From assembly GCA_030390025.1 (NCBI GenBank), contig CM059425.1, forward strand, positions 260,586,001 through 260,650,000: a stretch of DNA of 64,000 nt, read 5' to 3'. The DNA is from Squalus acanthias. Lineage: Eukaryota. A program made the translations under genes and the position numbers. This document shows positions 15,001 through 25,757 of this stretch, piece by piece. Below the pieces are notes generated by a model. That model did no database searches and was not told the DNA's origin. It saw nothing but the letters and a program-made list of their open reading frames with translations. How positions within the stretch are numbered: the stretch's first letter is position 1; every line of letters starts with the position of its first letter.

Positions 15001-16250
15001 GTGTTTTTGATAACGGAGGGTTTGTGTTTTTGATAATGGAGGGTTTGTGTTTTTGATAACGGAGGGTTTGTTTTTTTGATAACGGAGTGTTTGTGTTTTC
15101 GATAACTGAGGGGTTTTTTTTTTGATAATGGAGGGTTTGGGTTTTTGATAACGGACGGTTTGTGTTTTTGATAATGGAGGGTTTGGGTTTTTGATAAAGG
15201 AGTGTTTGTGTTTTTGATAAAGGAGGGTTTGTGTTTTTGATAATGGAGGGTTTGTGTTTTTGATAATGGAGGGTTTGTGTTTTAGATAACGGAGTGTTTG
15301 TGTTTTTGATAACGGAGGGTTTGTGTTTTTGATAATGGAGGATTTGTGTTTTTGATAACGGAGGGTTTGTGTTTTTGATAATGGGGGTTTATGTTTTGAT
15401 AACGGAGGGTTTGTGTTTTTGATAATGGAGGGTTTGTGTTTTAGATAATGGAGGGTTTGTGTTTTGATAATGGAGTGTTTGGGGTTTTTGATAATGGAGG
15501 GTTTGTGTTTTAGATAATGGAGGATTTGTGTTTTGATAATGGAGGTTTTGTGTTTTTGATAATGGAGGGTTTGTGTTTTAGATAATGGAGGGTTTGTGTT
15601 TTGATAATGGAGGGTTTGTGTTTTGATAATGGAGGGTTTGGGGTTTTTGATAATGGAGGGTTTGTGTTTTAGATAATGGAGGGTTTGTGTTTTGATAATG
15701 GAGGGTTTGTGTTTTGATAATGGAGGGTTTGTGTTTTGATAATGGAGGGTTTGGGGTTTTTGATAATGCAGGGTTTGTGTTTTTGATAAAGGAGGGTTTG
15801 TGTTTTGATAACGGGGGGTTTGTGTTTTTGATAACGGAGGGTTTGGGTTTTTGATAATGGAGTGTTTGGGGTTTTGATAATGGAGGGTTTGTGTTTTTGA
15901 TAACGGAGGGTTTGTATTTTGGATAACGGAGGGTTTGTGTTTTTGATAACGGAGGTTTTGTGTTTTTGATAACGGAGGGTTTGTGTTTTTGATCATGGAC
16001 GGTTTGAGTTTTTGATAATGGACGGTTTGAGTTTTTGATAATGGAGGGTTTGTGTTTTTGATAACGGAGGGTTTGAGTTTTTGATAATGGAGGTTTTGTG
16101 TTTTTGATAACGGAGGGTTTGTGTTTTTGATAATGGAGGGTTTGTGTTTTTGATAATGGAGGGTTTGAGTTTTTGATAACGGAGTGTTTGAGTTTTTGAT
16201 AAAGGAGGGTTTGAGTTTTTGACAATGGAGGGTTTGGGTTTTTGATAAAG
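1..16250. repeat. 23-bp tandem satellite, consensus AAYGGAGGGTTTGTGTTTTTGAT, ~700 copies, continues off the left edge
   Basis: Units start at 1, 24, 47...; minus-strand ORFs repeat a 23-aa motif (3 units = 69 bp); array ends abruptly at ~16250. Confidence 0.98.
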
Positions 16251-16824
16251 GGCAGCTCTTGTTGAACCAAGCCAAATCACGAGTAAAAATGGGAGGGAAA
16301 AATATTCAAGGGGTTTTCCCAACGGTGTAAAGAATGGATTCACCACGTGATGTGGGACAGACCTGAAATGTCCCAAGTTCAGCCCCTGGTCAGTGGTTAG
16401 CACCATGGGAGTTACACTCGATCCGTGGCTAGCGAAACCAGGGGATGGGGAGGAAATCAGACAGGATTGCCATTCCAGATTGGCATCCAACTGTAAAAGA
16501 TACGCGTTGGGACATCTGATGTGCGCAAGATCAGGATGGATTGTGATCATTCCCATGGTTGAATAGCCCTGCTAACAGAAAAGTCATGGATACATTCCAG
16601 CTTTTCCCACACCAGGACTGCCAGGCGATGATTCCTTATTGATAAATCTTAGCGCACCACTCAACAGATACTTTGTAGAATCTGTCGCTAACTCTCAACA
16701 TAATAGAAAATGCTGAGAATATTTTGGCAAATGACCAAAAGGAGACGGTGGTTTCCTTACCTTGGTTGACGTTGAGTCTGCAGCAAACCTGAATAAATCG
16801 AAAAGGACAAGGTCAATTTAATCT

Positions 16825-17040
16825 GAAAGACATTGTGGACAGTGGGAATCAGGAACTCGCTCCCACAGCAGGCGGTGGATGCTGGGGGTCAATTCACACT
16901 TTCAAGATAGAGATTGACAGATTGTTGTTGGGGAAGGGTATCAAGGGATATGAAGCAAAGGTGGGTAAATGGAGATGAGGTACAGATCAGCCATGATCTG
17001 ATTAAATGGCGGAACAGGCTCGAGGGGCTGAATGGCCTTC
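16825..17040 (+). mobile_element. CR1 LINE 3' fragment
   Basis: Degenerate ORF2 C-terminus followed by the CR1-type tail GATCAGCCATGATC...GGCTCGAGGGGCTGAATGGCC. Confidence 0.75.
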
Positions 17041-17224
17041 TTTAACTGAATGAAGGAACAAGCTCGAGGGGCTGAATGGCCTTCTTCAACAATGGAGGAA
17101 CAGACTCGAGGGGCTGAATGGCCTTCTTTAACTGAATGAAGGAACAGGCTCGAGGGGCTGAATGGCCTTCTTCAACAATGGAGGAACAGACTCGAGGGGC
17201 TGAATGGCCTTCTTTAACTGAATG
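17011..17224 (+). repeat. Minisatellite of five 30-bp CR1-tail cores with alternating 14/12-bp linkers
   Basis: GGAACAGRCTCGAGGGGCTGAATGGCCTTC x5 (one copy with a variant base), separated alternately by TTTAACTGAATGAA and TTCAACAATGGA. Confidence 0.9.
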
Positions 17225-17461
17225 TAAGCTGTCAAAAGATGACAATTCATCTGTCAAAAATTGTTAACAGATGAAACGTCTTACACTGACGTTCTCTGTC
17301 ACTGGCTTTCCCTTAATTTGCCTGCTAAGCCTGGTGGGCAGGATTAACAAGGTCAATCAAGGGACAATAGCGTGGGTTGGCCGGACGTCAATGGAGGCGG
17401 GACTAAAACCCGACAAGCAGCAGTACCGCCTCCATCACGTCCCCATTGGCAAAATCACCCC
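17225..17461 (-). mobile_element. Terminal fragment of a Harbinger-type MITE
   Basis: Reverse complement GGGGTGATTTTGCCAATGGGGACGTGATGGAGGCGG matches the MITE end at 37392 joined to 39745. Confidence 0.6.
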
Positions 17462-18370
17462 CTTTGTGTCCTCCTCACAGCTTACTTTCCCACCCAGCTT
17501 TGTATCGTCAGCAAACTTGGATACATTACACTCGGTCCCTTCATCTAAGTCATTAATATACATTGTAAATAGCTGAGGCCCAAGCACTGATCCTTGCGGC
17601 ACCCCACTAGTTACAGCCTGCCAACCTGAAAATGACCCGTTTATCCCTACTCTCTGTTTTCTGTCCGTTAACCAATCCTCTGTCCATGCTAATATATTAC
17701 CCCCAACCCCATGAGCCCTCATCTTGCGTAACAACCTATCTCTGTAACCTCCTGCGGCCCTACAACCCTCCGAGATATCTGCGCTCCTCCAATTCCGGCC
17801 TCTTGTGCATCTCTTGAGTTCCTTCGCCCCACCATTGGCGGCCGTGCCTTCAGCTGTCTGGACCCTAAGCTCTGGAATTCCTGCCCTAAACCTCTCCGCC
17901 TCTGCACTTTTCTCTGCTCCTTTAGCTACATCATTAAATAAATTTAAAACAGAAATAGACAGTTTCCTAGAAGTAAAGGGAATTAGGGGTTACGGGGAGC
18001 GGGCAGGAAATTGGACATGAGGCTGAGTTCGGATCGGTCAAGGCCCTGTGGGTGGCGGAGCGGGCCCAGGGGCTGAGTGGCCGGGTCCTGCTCCTACTTC
18101 TTGTGTTCTTTAGATTTGAGGTTAGGATCAGATCAGCCATGATCTTATTGAATGGCGGAGCAGGCTCGAGGGGCCGATTGGCCTACTCCTGCTCCTATTT
18201 CTTATGTTCTTATGTTTCTGAAAACCTACCTCTTTGAACAAGCTATTGGTCACCTGCCCTAATATCTCCTTATGTAGCAAATTTTGTCTGATTACGCTCC
18301 TGTGAAGCACCTGACATTTTAATATGTTGATAAGGCGCTATATAAATGCAGGTTGTTGTTGTTGTTGTTG
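17462..18370. mobile_element. CR1 RT fragment (-), then an L2-like 3' fragment (+) interrupted by a CR1 3' end (+, ~17923-18217)
   Basis: [10 protein letters not shown] and FADDTK motifs; L2-type tail ending AAATGCAGGTTGTTGTTG; CR1 tail ending TTCTTATG repeats. Confidence 0.75.
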
Positions 18371-18447
18371 TAAGGATCAGCTAGTCACTAATTACTGTTC
18401 GAAGGGTTTGCGGACAATTTTTGCTGATAAAACAGATGTTTACTTAC

Positions 18448-18804
18448 CAAATACTTGTAGACTTATCTCATCTTGTGTCACAAAGATCTCCCTTTCTGGA
18501 TTACTATGACTGCACTCAACGTGACAGAAGTACATATTGGTGTCGTTCACCCTCAGGTTTCTGATCCTGATGGAAGCGTTTCCACTCATCAGATGTCCAC
18601 TCAGTTCAAATCGATCATTCGCATTCGTGAGGTTCAGTTTTGTAGAATGGTTAAAGACGACCTGGCCCTTCTGCTCGTACGGGTTCCCTCTGGTCCAGAT
18701 CACAGCGATGTTCTGGGGATCTTTGGGCTCCAGGGTGAAGGAGCAGGACAACGTGACCGAACCTCCTTCAGTCTCACTCACTGACCTGCTGCTTGGATCA
18801 GCTT
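18448..18804 (-). CDS. Gene A exon: Ig V-set domain, Siglec-like, His in place of the essential Arg (YFCHVE)
   Basis: Acceptor ctctctttcAG at 18806-18805, donor GTAAGT at 18447; 357 bp, phase 1-1; VTLSC...VIW...NASIRIRNLRVNDTNMYFC V-set pattern. Confidence 0.88.
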
Positions 18805-19004
18805 CTGAAAGAGAGAATGGATGAAAGCTCAGATCCTCCCTGGACTGTATTGGAACATAAAGCATAAAGTAAGAAAGAATATGCAGTATATCATGAGAAG
18901 AAGTAAGGGCAGGAGTCGGCCATACGGCCCCTCAAGCCTGCTCCGCCATTCGATAAGATCATGGCCAATCATCGACCTCAACTCCACTTTCCCGCCCGAT
19001 CTAT

Positions 19005-19400
19005 GAGAACATATCGCGCCTTTCACAACCGCAGGACGTCCCAAAGCGCTTCACAGCCAATGAAGTACTTTGTGAAGTGTAGTCACTGTTGCAATGTAGG
19101 AAACGCGGCAGCCAATTTGTGCACAGCAAGCTCCCACAATATCACCAGATCATTTTTTTTTGGCAATGTTGGCTCAGAACACCCCAACTCTTCTTCAAAA
19201 TAGAGCCACGGGATCTTCTACATCCACCTGAGAGGGCAGACGGGGCCTCAGTTTAACGTCTCATCCAAACAACAGCCCCTCCGGTAGTGCAGCGCTCCCT
19301 CAGTACTGCACTGAGCCGAGATCTTGCACTTCCAAGTCTCTGGAGCGGGACCTGAACCCACAACCTTGTGACTGAGAGGCGAGAGAGATACCCACTGAGC
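19005..19400 (-). mobile_element. Deu-SINE (SacSINE1-like)
   Basis: Deu-domain core TGTGGGAGCTTGCTGTGCACAAATTGGCTGCCGCGTTTCC on the minus strand; tRNA-like head near 19390. Confidence 0.75.
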
Positions 19401-19771
19401 TCCAGCTTACACAATGAGAACAACTCATTCAGCTCATCGCCCCTGCTGCTTCCACAGATCAGGTACACTCTTCCCCAAGATGGACTCTAAATCAACAATC
19501 CATTGTGGAGACGCACTCCTGCACGAAAATATAAGCAATCAAAAATTGTAAATTATACAAGCTCTCATAGAATCATAGACATTTACGGCACAGAAGGAGG
19601 CCATTCGGCCCATCGTGTCCGCGCCGGCCGACAAAGAGCTATCCAGCCTCATCCCACTTTCCAGCTCTTGGTCCGTAACCCTGTAGGTTACAGCACTTCA
19701 AGTGCACATCCAAGTACTTTTTAAATGTGATGAGAGTTTCTGCCTCTACCACCCTTTCAGGCAGTGAGTTC

Positions 19772-21677
19772 CAGACCCCCACCACCCTCTGGGTGAAAAC
19801 ATTTCTCCTCAACTCCCCTCTAATCCTTCTACCAATTACTAAAAATCTATGCCCACTGGTTATTGACCTCTCTGCTAAGGGAAATAGGTCCATCCTATCC
19901 ACTCTGTCTAGGCCTCTCATAATTTTATACACCTCAATTAAATCTCCCCTCAGCCTCCTCTGTTCCAAAGAAAACAACCCCAGCCCTCTCTTTGCTTTCC
20001 TAGTTTCCTTTTTAATTTCACCTCTATTTCAACTACATAAGCAACAGAAAGATCGAATCAATATTCCTGGACTCCAAACCTGTATGTTGTGGCCTTGCGG
20101 AAAGGCTGTAACCCTTCCTCCAGTATTAGACACTGAAAGAACACTCTCCTTAACCCAATTTCAGTTTTAGACACCGGATCTACTCTGCCTCAGTCTGGGG
20201 TCTAGAAGTTTAGAATTGAAATAAAAACAGAAAATGCATTCAGCAGGTCAGGCAGCATCTGCGGAGAGAGAAACAGAGTTAACGTTTCAGGTCGATGACC
20301 TTTCATCAGCACTCAGTTTAGAATTGAAGTTCAGTTGCAGGCAAGTCCTTACCTATTACCTGTAGACTTGTTCCAAGTTTATGTTCAAACTGTTCCCCGG
20401 GCTTGTCAAGCTCCACACGGCAGAAGTAGTTATTCGTATCATTTTTCATAAGTTTTTGTATCATTATTGAAGCATCATTTTTCCTTGGGTCTCCTGTCAG
20501 TCGATAGTGATTCTCTCCAGTTTGATCAGTCACATTCTGATTTATGCAATTCTGCTGTGGGTCGACAGTTATACATTTAAAAATAGGCGGTCCATTTAAA
20601 AACTCATCTATTCTCCAGATTACTTCGATTTTCCCGTTAGAGCCAGTGTGGGGGTGCGTGAACTTGCAGGACAAGATGACAGACTCTCCTTCCCGACCGG
20701 TCACTTTCCGTGGGGCTGACATTGACCATTGACTCTGACTGCTGCCTGTGGGACAGGGATAGTATGTTAGTCTTGTACACCAAGCTCTTGTGACGCAACG
20801 GTTCAAGAAGAAGGCTCAGCACCACCATCTCAAGGGCAACTAGGGATTGGTAATAAAATGCCAGCGATGACCACATCCCGTGAATGAATACACAATTACA
20901 ATAAAGCAAATACAGAGCCACAGACATCACAATAAGACCTGACAGTCTAGACCGAACACGCTTACTTTACAAATGATAAATGACAGTCGAAAGAACTTGC
21001 ATTTATCTAGCAACTTTCACAACCTCAGGATGTCTCAAAGCGCTTTACAGCCAATGAAGTACTGTTTGAAGTGTAGTCACTGTTGCAATGTGGGAAACGC
21101 GGCAGCCAATTTGTGCACAGCAAGCTCCCACAAACAGCAATGTGATAAATGACCAGATAATCTGGGGTTTTTTTTAAGTGATGTTGGTTGAGGGATAAAT
21201 ATCAGCCGAATCACCAGGGATAACTCCCCTGCTCTTATCGAATCGTAGAATCATAGAATAATACAGGACAGAAGGAGGCCTTTTGGCCCATCATGCCTGT
21301 GCCGGCTCTTTGAAAGAGCTATCCAGTTAACGCCTTTCCCCATCGCCCTGAAAATGTTTCCCCTTCAAGTGGTTATCCAATTCCCTTTTAAAATTTATTA
21401 TTGAATCTGCTTTCAGGCAGAGCTTTCCAGATAATAACAAGTATTGCGCAAAAAATTTCTCCTCATCTCGCATCTGGCCCCTGCCACAGTACCAAAACGG
21501 CTCTTATTAAAGTCACAGATGACATCCTATGTGTCTGTGGTCATGGAAAACTATCCCTCCTCGTCCTTCTCGACTTGTCTGCAGCCTTTGACACGGTTGA
21601 CCACTCCATCCTCCTCCAATGCCTCTTCACCGTCGTCCAGCTGGGTGGGACTGCCCTTGCCTGGTTCCACCATCTAC
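19772..21677. repeat. Segmental duplicate copy B (~1.9 kb) carrying a V-set exon
   Basis: About 97-98% identical by eye to 22069-23973, offset 2296-2297. Confidence 0.95.
20353..20745 (-). CDS. Gene A exon: Siglec-15-like V-set domain, copy B, essential Arg retained (YFCRVE)
   Basis: Acceptor ctgtcccacAG, donor GTAAGG; 393 bp, phase 1-1; WSMS.P..V.G..G.SVILSCKFTHPH...GPPIFKC...C...YRLTGDPRKNDAS...YFCRVE closely follows the Siglec-15 V domain. Confidence 0.92.
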
Positions 21678-22068
21678 AAGCCACAAGTCTGGAGTGTGAT
21701 GGAATACTCTCCACTTGCCTGGATGAGTGCAGCTCCAACAACACTCAAGAAGCTCGACATCATCCAGGACAAAGCAGCCGCTTGATTGGCACCCCATCCA
21801 CCACCTTAAACATTCACTCCCTGCACCAGCGGTGCACCGTAGCTGCAGTGTGTACCATCTACAAGATGCACTGCAGCAACTTGCCAAGGCTTCTTTGGCA
21901 GCACCTCCCAAACCCGCAACCTCTTCCACCTAGAAACAGCTAAAGTGACGTCACAACCAGGGAAGGAGCTGATTGGTAAATAGGACCTGGTGAGTATTTC
22001 TACAGTCCAGTCGTTAAAGTAAAAGTAAGGTCTCTAGTTTAGAGTAAGTAGTGTTTAAAGGGAAGTTG

Positions 22069-23973
22069 CAGACCCCCACCACCCTCTGGGTGAAAACATT
22101 TCTCCTCAACTCCCCTCTAATCCTTCTACCAATTACTAAAAATCCATGCCCCCTGGTTATTGACCTCTCTGCTAAGGGAAATAGGTCCATCCTATCCACT
22201 CTGTCTAGGCCTCTCATAATTTTATACACCTCAATTAAATCTCCCCTCAGCCTCCTCTGTTCCAAAGAAAACAACCCCAGCCCTCTCTTTGCTTTCCTAG
22301 TTTCCTTTTTAATTTCACCTCTATTTCAACTACATAAGCAACAGAAAGATCGAATCAATATTCCTGGACTTCAAGCCTGTATGTTGTGGCCTTGCGGAAA
22401 GGCTGTAACACTTCCTCCAGTATTAGACACTGAAAGAACACTCTCCTTTACCCAATTTCAGTTTTAGACACCGGATCTACTCTGCCTCAGTCTGGGGTCT
22501 AGAAGTTTAGAATTGAAATAAAAACAGAAAATGCATTCAGCAGGTCAGGCAGCATCTGCAGAGAGAGAAACAGAGTTAACGTTTCAGGTCGATGACATTT
22601 CATCAGCACTTAGTTTAGAATTGAAGTTCAGTTGCAGGCAAGTCCTTACCTATTACCTGTAGACGTGTTCCACGTTTATGTTCAAACTCTTCCCCGGGCT
22701 TGTCAAGCTCCACACGGCAGAAGTAGTTATTCGTATCATTTTTCATAAGTTTTTGTATCATTATTGAAGCATCATTTTTCCTTGGGTCTCCTGTCAGTCG
22801 ATAGCGATTCTCTCCAGTTTGATCAGTCACATTCTGATTTATGCAATTCTGCTGTGGGTCGACAGTTATACATTTAAAAATAGGCGGTCCATTAAAATGC
22901 TCATCTATTCTCCAGATGACTTCGATTTTCCCGTTATAGCCTGTGTGGGGTTGCGTGAACTTGCAGGACAAGATGACAGACTCTCCTTCCCGACCGGTCA
23001 CTTTCCGTGGGACTGACATTGACCATTGACTCTGACTGCTGCCTGTGGGACAGGGATAGTATGTTAGTCTTGTACACAAAGCTCTTGTGACGCAACGGTT
23101 CAAGAAGAAGGCTCAGCACCACCATCTCAAGGGCAACTAGGGATTGGTAATAAAGTGCCAGCGATGACCACATCCCGTGAATGAATACACAATTACAATA
23201 AAGCAAATACAGAGCCACAGATATCACAATAAGACCTGACAGTCCAGACCGAACACGCTTACTTTTCAAATGATAAATGACAGTAGAAAGAACTTGCATT
23301 TATCTAGCAACTTTCACAACCTCAGGATGTCCCAAAGCGCTTTACAGCCAATGAAGTACTGTTTGAAGTGTAGTCACTGTTGCAATGTGGGAAACGCGGC
23401 AGCCAATTTGTGCACAGCAAGCTCCCACAAACAGCAATGTGATAAATGACCAGATAATCTGGGGTTTACTTAAGTGATATTGGTTGAGGGATAAATATCA
23501 GCCAAATCACCAGGGATAACTCCCCTGCTCTTGTCGAATCGTAGAATCATAGAATAATACAGGACAGAAGGAGGCCTTTTGGCCCATCGTGCCTGTGCCG
23601 GCTCTTTGAAAGAGCTATCCAGTTAACGCCTTTCCCCATAGCCCTGCAAATGTTTCCCCTTCAAGTGGTTATCCAATTCCCTTTTAAAATTTATTATTGA
23701 ATCTGCTTTCAGGCAGAGCTTTCCAGATAATAACATCTATTGCGTAAAAAATTCTCCTCATCTCGCATCTGGCCCCTGCCACAGTACCAAAATGGCTCTT
23801 ATTAAAGTCACAGATGACATCCTATGTGACTGTGGTCATGGAAAACTATCCCTCCTCGTCCTTCTCGACTTGTCTGCAGCCTTTGACACGGTTGACCACT
23901 CCATCCTCCTCCAATGCCTCTTCACCGTCTGTCCAGCTGTGTGGGACTGCCCTTGCCTGGTTCCACCATCTAC
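22069..23973. repeat. Segmental duplicate copy A (~1.9 kb) carrying a V-set exon
   Basis: Same order as copy B: CR1 3' piece, Penelope-like tail, V exon, Deu-SINE piece, CR1 tail, L2 piece. Confidence 0.95.
22650..23042 (-). CDS. Gene A exon: Siglec-15-like V-set domain, copy A, essential Arg retained (YFCRVE)
   Basis: Acceptor AG at 23044-23043, donor GTAAGG at 22649; 393 bp, phase 1-1; open frame; joins the leader as ...SMLN-S-SSQSQWSMSVP. Confidence 0.92.
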
Positions 23974-24620
23974 CTCACTGCCACTTCTCTCGACCCCTCC
24001 ACTGTCTCTAAATTGTCAAACTGCTTGTCCGACATCCAGTGCTGGAGGAGCAGAAATTTTCTCCAACTAAGTATTGGGAAAAATGAAGCCATTGTTTTCG
24101 GTCCCAGTCACAAACGCCATTCCCTAGGAACCGACTCCATCCCTCTGACTGGCAACTGTCTGAGGCTGAACCAGACTGTTCGCAAACTTGGTGTCATATT
24201 TGACCTCGAAATGAGCTTCCAACCACATTTCCGTGTCATCACTAAGACCGCCTATTTCCACCTCTGGAACACCACTAAGTTACCTAATTACAAATTTAAT
24301 TAAATTTAATTGAATAAAACAAGGTCATATAGGGATGGCAGTGCAGGTGGTGTGCTGCAACTGCAGCATGTGGGAGTTTGTGGAGAGCATTGTGATCCCG
24401 GACAACCACGTTTGCAGTAAGTGTCTGCATCTTGAGGAACTTCAGCTCAGAGTTGTTGAGCTGGAGTCTGAGGTGCAGATATTGCAGGGCATCAGGGATG
24501 GGGAGAGTTACCTGGACACTTTGATGCAGGAGGCAGTCACACCCCTTAGGTTATGTAGTGGTACAGGTCTGGTTAGTGGTCAGGGACAGGAGGATGTGAC
24601 TGCAACTCAGGCAGGTAAGG

Positions 24621-25757
24621 CACATGTGATTGGGGGCAAGGTATTGACTTGGATAGAGAACTGGTTCTCGGACAGAAAGCAGAGAGTAGGAATTAATGGG
24701 TCTTTTTCCGAGTGGCAAGCAGTGACTAGTGGGGTACCGCAGGGATCGGTCCTTGGACCCCAGCTATTCACAATATACATTAATGATCTAGATAAGGGAA
24801 CTAAATGTAATATCTCCAAGTTTGCAGATGACACAAAGCTGGGTGGGAGTGTGTGCTGCGAGGAGGATACCGAGAAACTCCAGGATGATTTGGACAGGTT
24901 GGGTGAGTGGTCAGAAGCGTGGCAGATGCAATATAACGTGGATAAATGCGAGGTTATCCACTTTGGTGTCAAAAACAGAAAGGCAGACTATTATCTGAAT
25001 GGCAATAGATTGGGAGAAGGGAAAGTGCAACGAGACCTGGGTGTCCTTGTGCACCAGTCGCTGAAGGTAAGCATGCAGGTGCAGCAGGCGGTGAAGAAGG
25101 CAAATGGTATGTTGACCTTCATAGCGAAAGGGTTTGAGTATAGGAACAGGGATGTCCTGCTGCAGTTGTACAGGGCCTTGGTGAGACCACACCTTGAGTA
25201 CTGTGTGCAGTTTGGGTCGCCTTATCTGAGGAAGGATGTTCTTGCCATGGAAGGAGTTCAGCGAAGATTCACAAGGCTGATACCTGGGATGGCAGGAATG
25301 ACATATGAGGAGAGATTGGGTCGATTGGGCTTATACTCGCTGGAGTATAGAAGAATGAGAGGGGATCTCATCGAAACATATAAAATTCTGACAGGTCTGG
25401 ACAAACTAGATGCAGGAAGGATGTTCCCGATGGTCGGAGAGTCCAGAACCAGGGGTCATAATCTAAGGATAAGGGGTAAGCCATTTAGGACAGAAATGAG
25501 GAAGAATTTCTTCACCCAGAGAGTGGTGAACCTGTGGAATTCTCTACCACAGAAGGTAGTGTCGGCCAAGTCATTAAATATATTCAAGAATGAGTTAGAT
25601 ATATTTCTGAAAGCTAAAGGTATCAAGGGATATGGGGAGAAGGCAGGTACAGGGTACTGAGTTTGGATGATCAGCCATGATCTCATCGAATGGCGGAGCA
25701 GGCTCGAGGGGCCGAATGGCCTACTCCTGCTCCTATTTTCTATGTTTCTATGTTTCT
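24621..25757 (+). mobile_element. 5'-truncated CR1 (RT C-terminal half plus tail) inserted in ORF1 of another CR1
   Basis: TSD AGGTAAGG at 24613-24620 and 25758-25765; QGSVLGP, FADD; (TTTCTATG)n tail. Confidence 0.9.

Noticed and set aside
271-16275. Long minus-strand K/T/P/N-rich ORFs (up to 978 aa)
   Set aside because: Artefact of a stop-poor 23-bp unit; open in several frames, frequent indels, no splice support, so not a mucin-like exon.
17011-17224. CRISPR-like repeat-spacer appearance
   Set aside because: Linkers are short and themselves repeat, the core derives from a CR1 tail, the DNA is eukaryotic and no cas genes are present.
19411-19518. 108-bp phase 1-1 exon-like segment between V exons (minus)
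   Set aside because: Contains an in-frame TAG and no recognisable domain; at most a cryptic or poison exon.
18448-23042. Rearranging Ig/TCR/NAR V segments
   Set aside because: Each exon includes its own G strand and ends in a splice donor; no heptamer-nonamer RSS seen at the 3' ends; sequence is Siglec-like.
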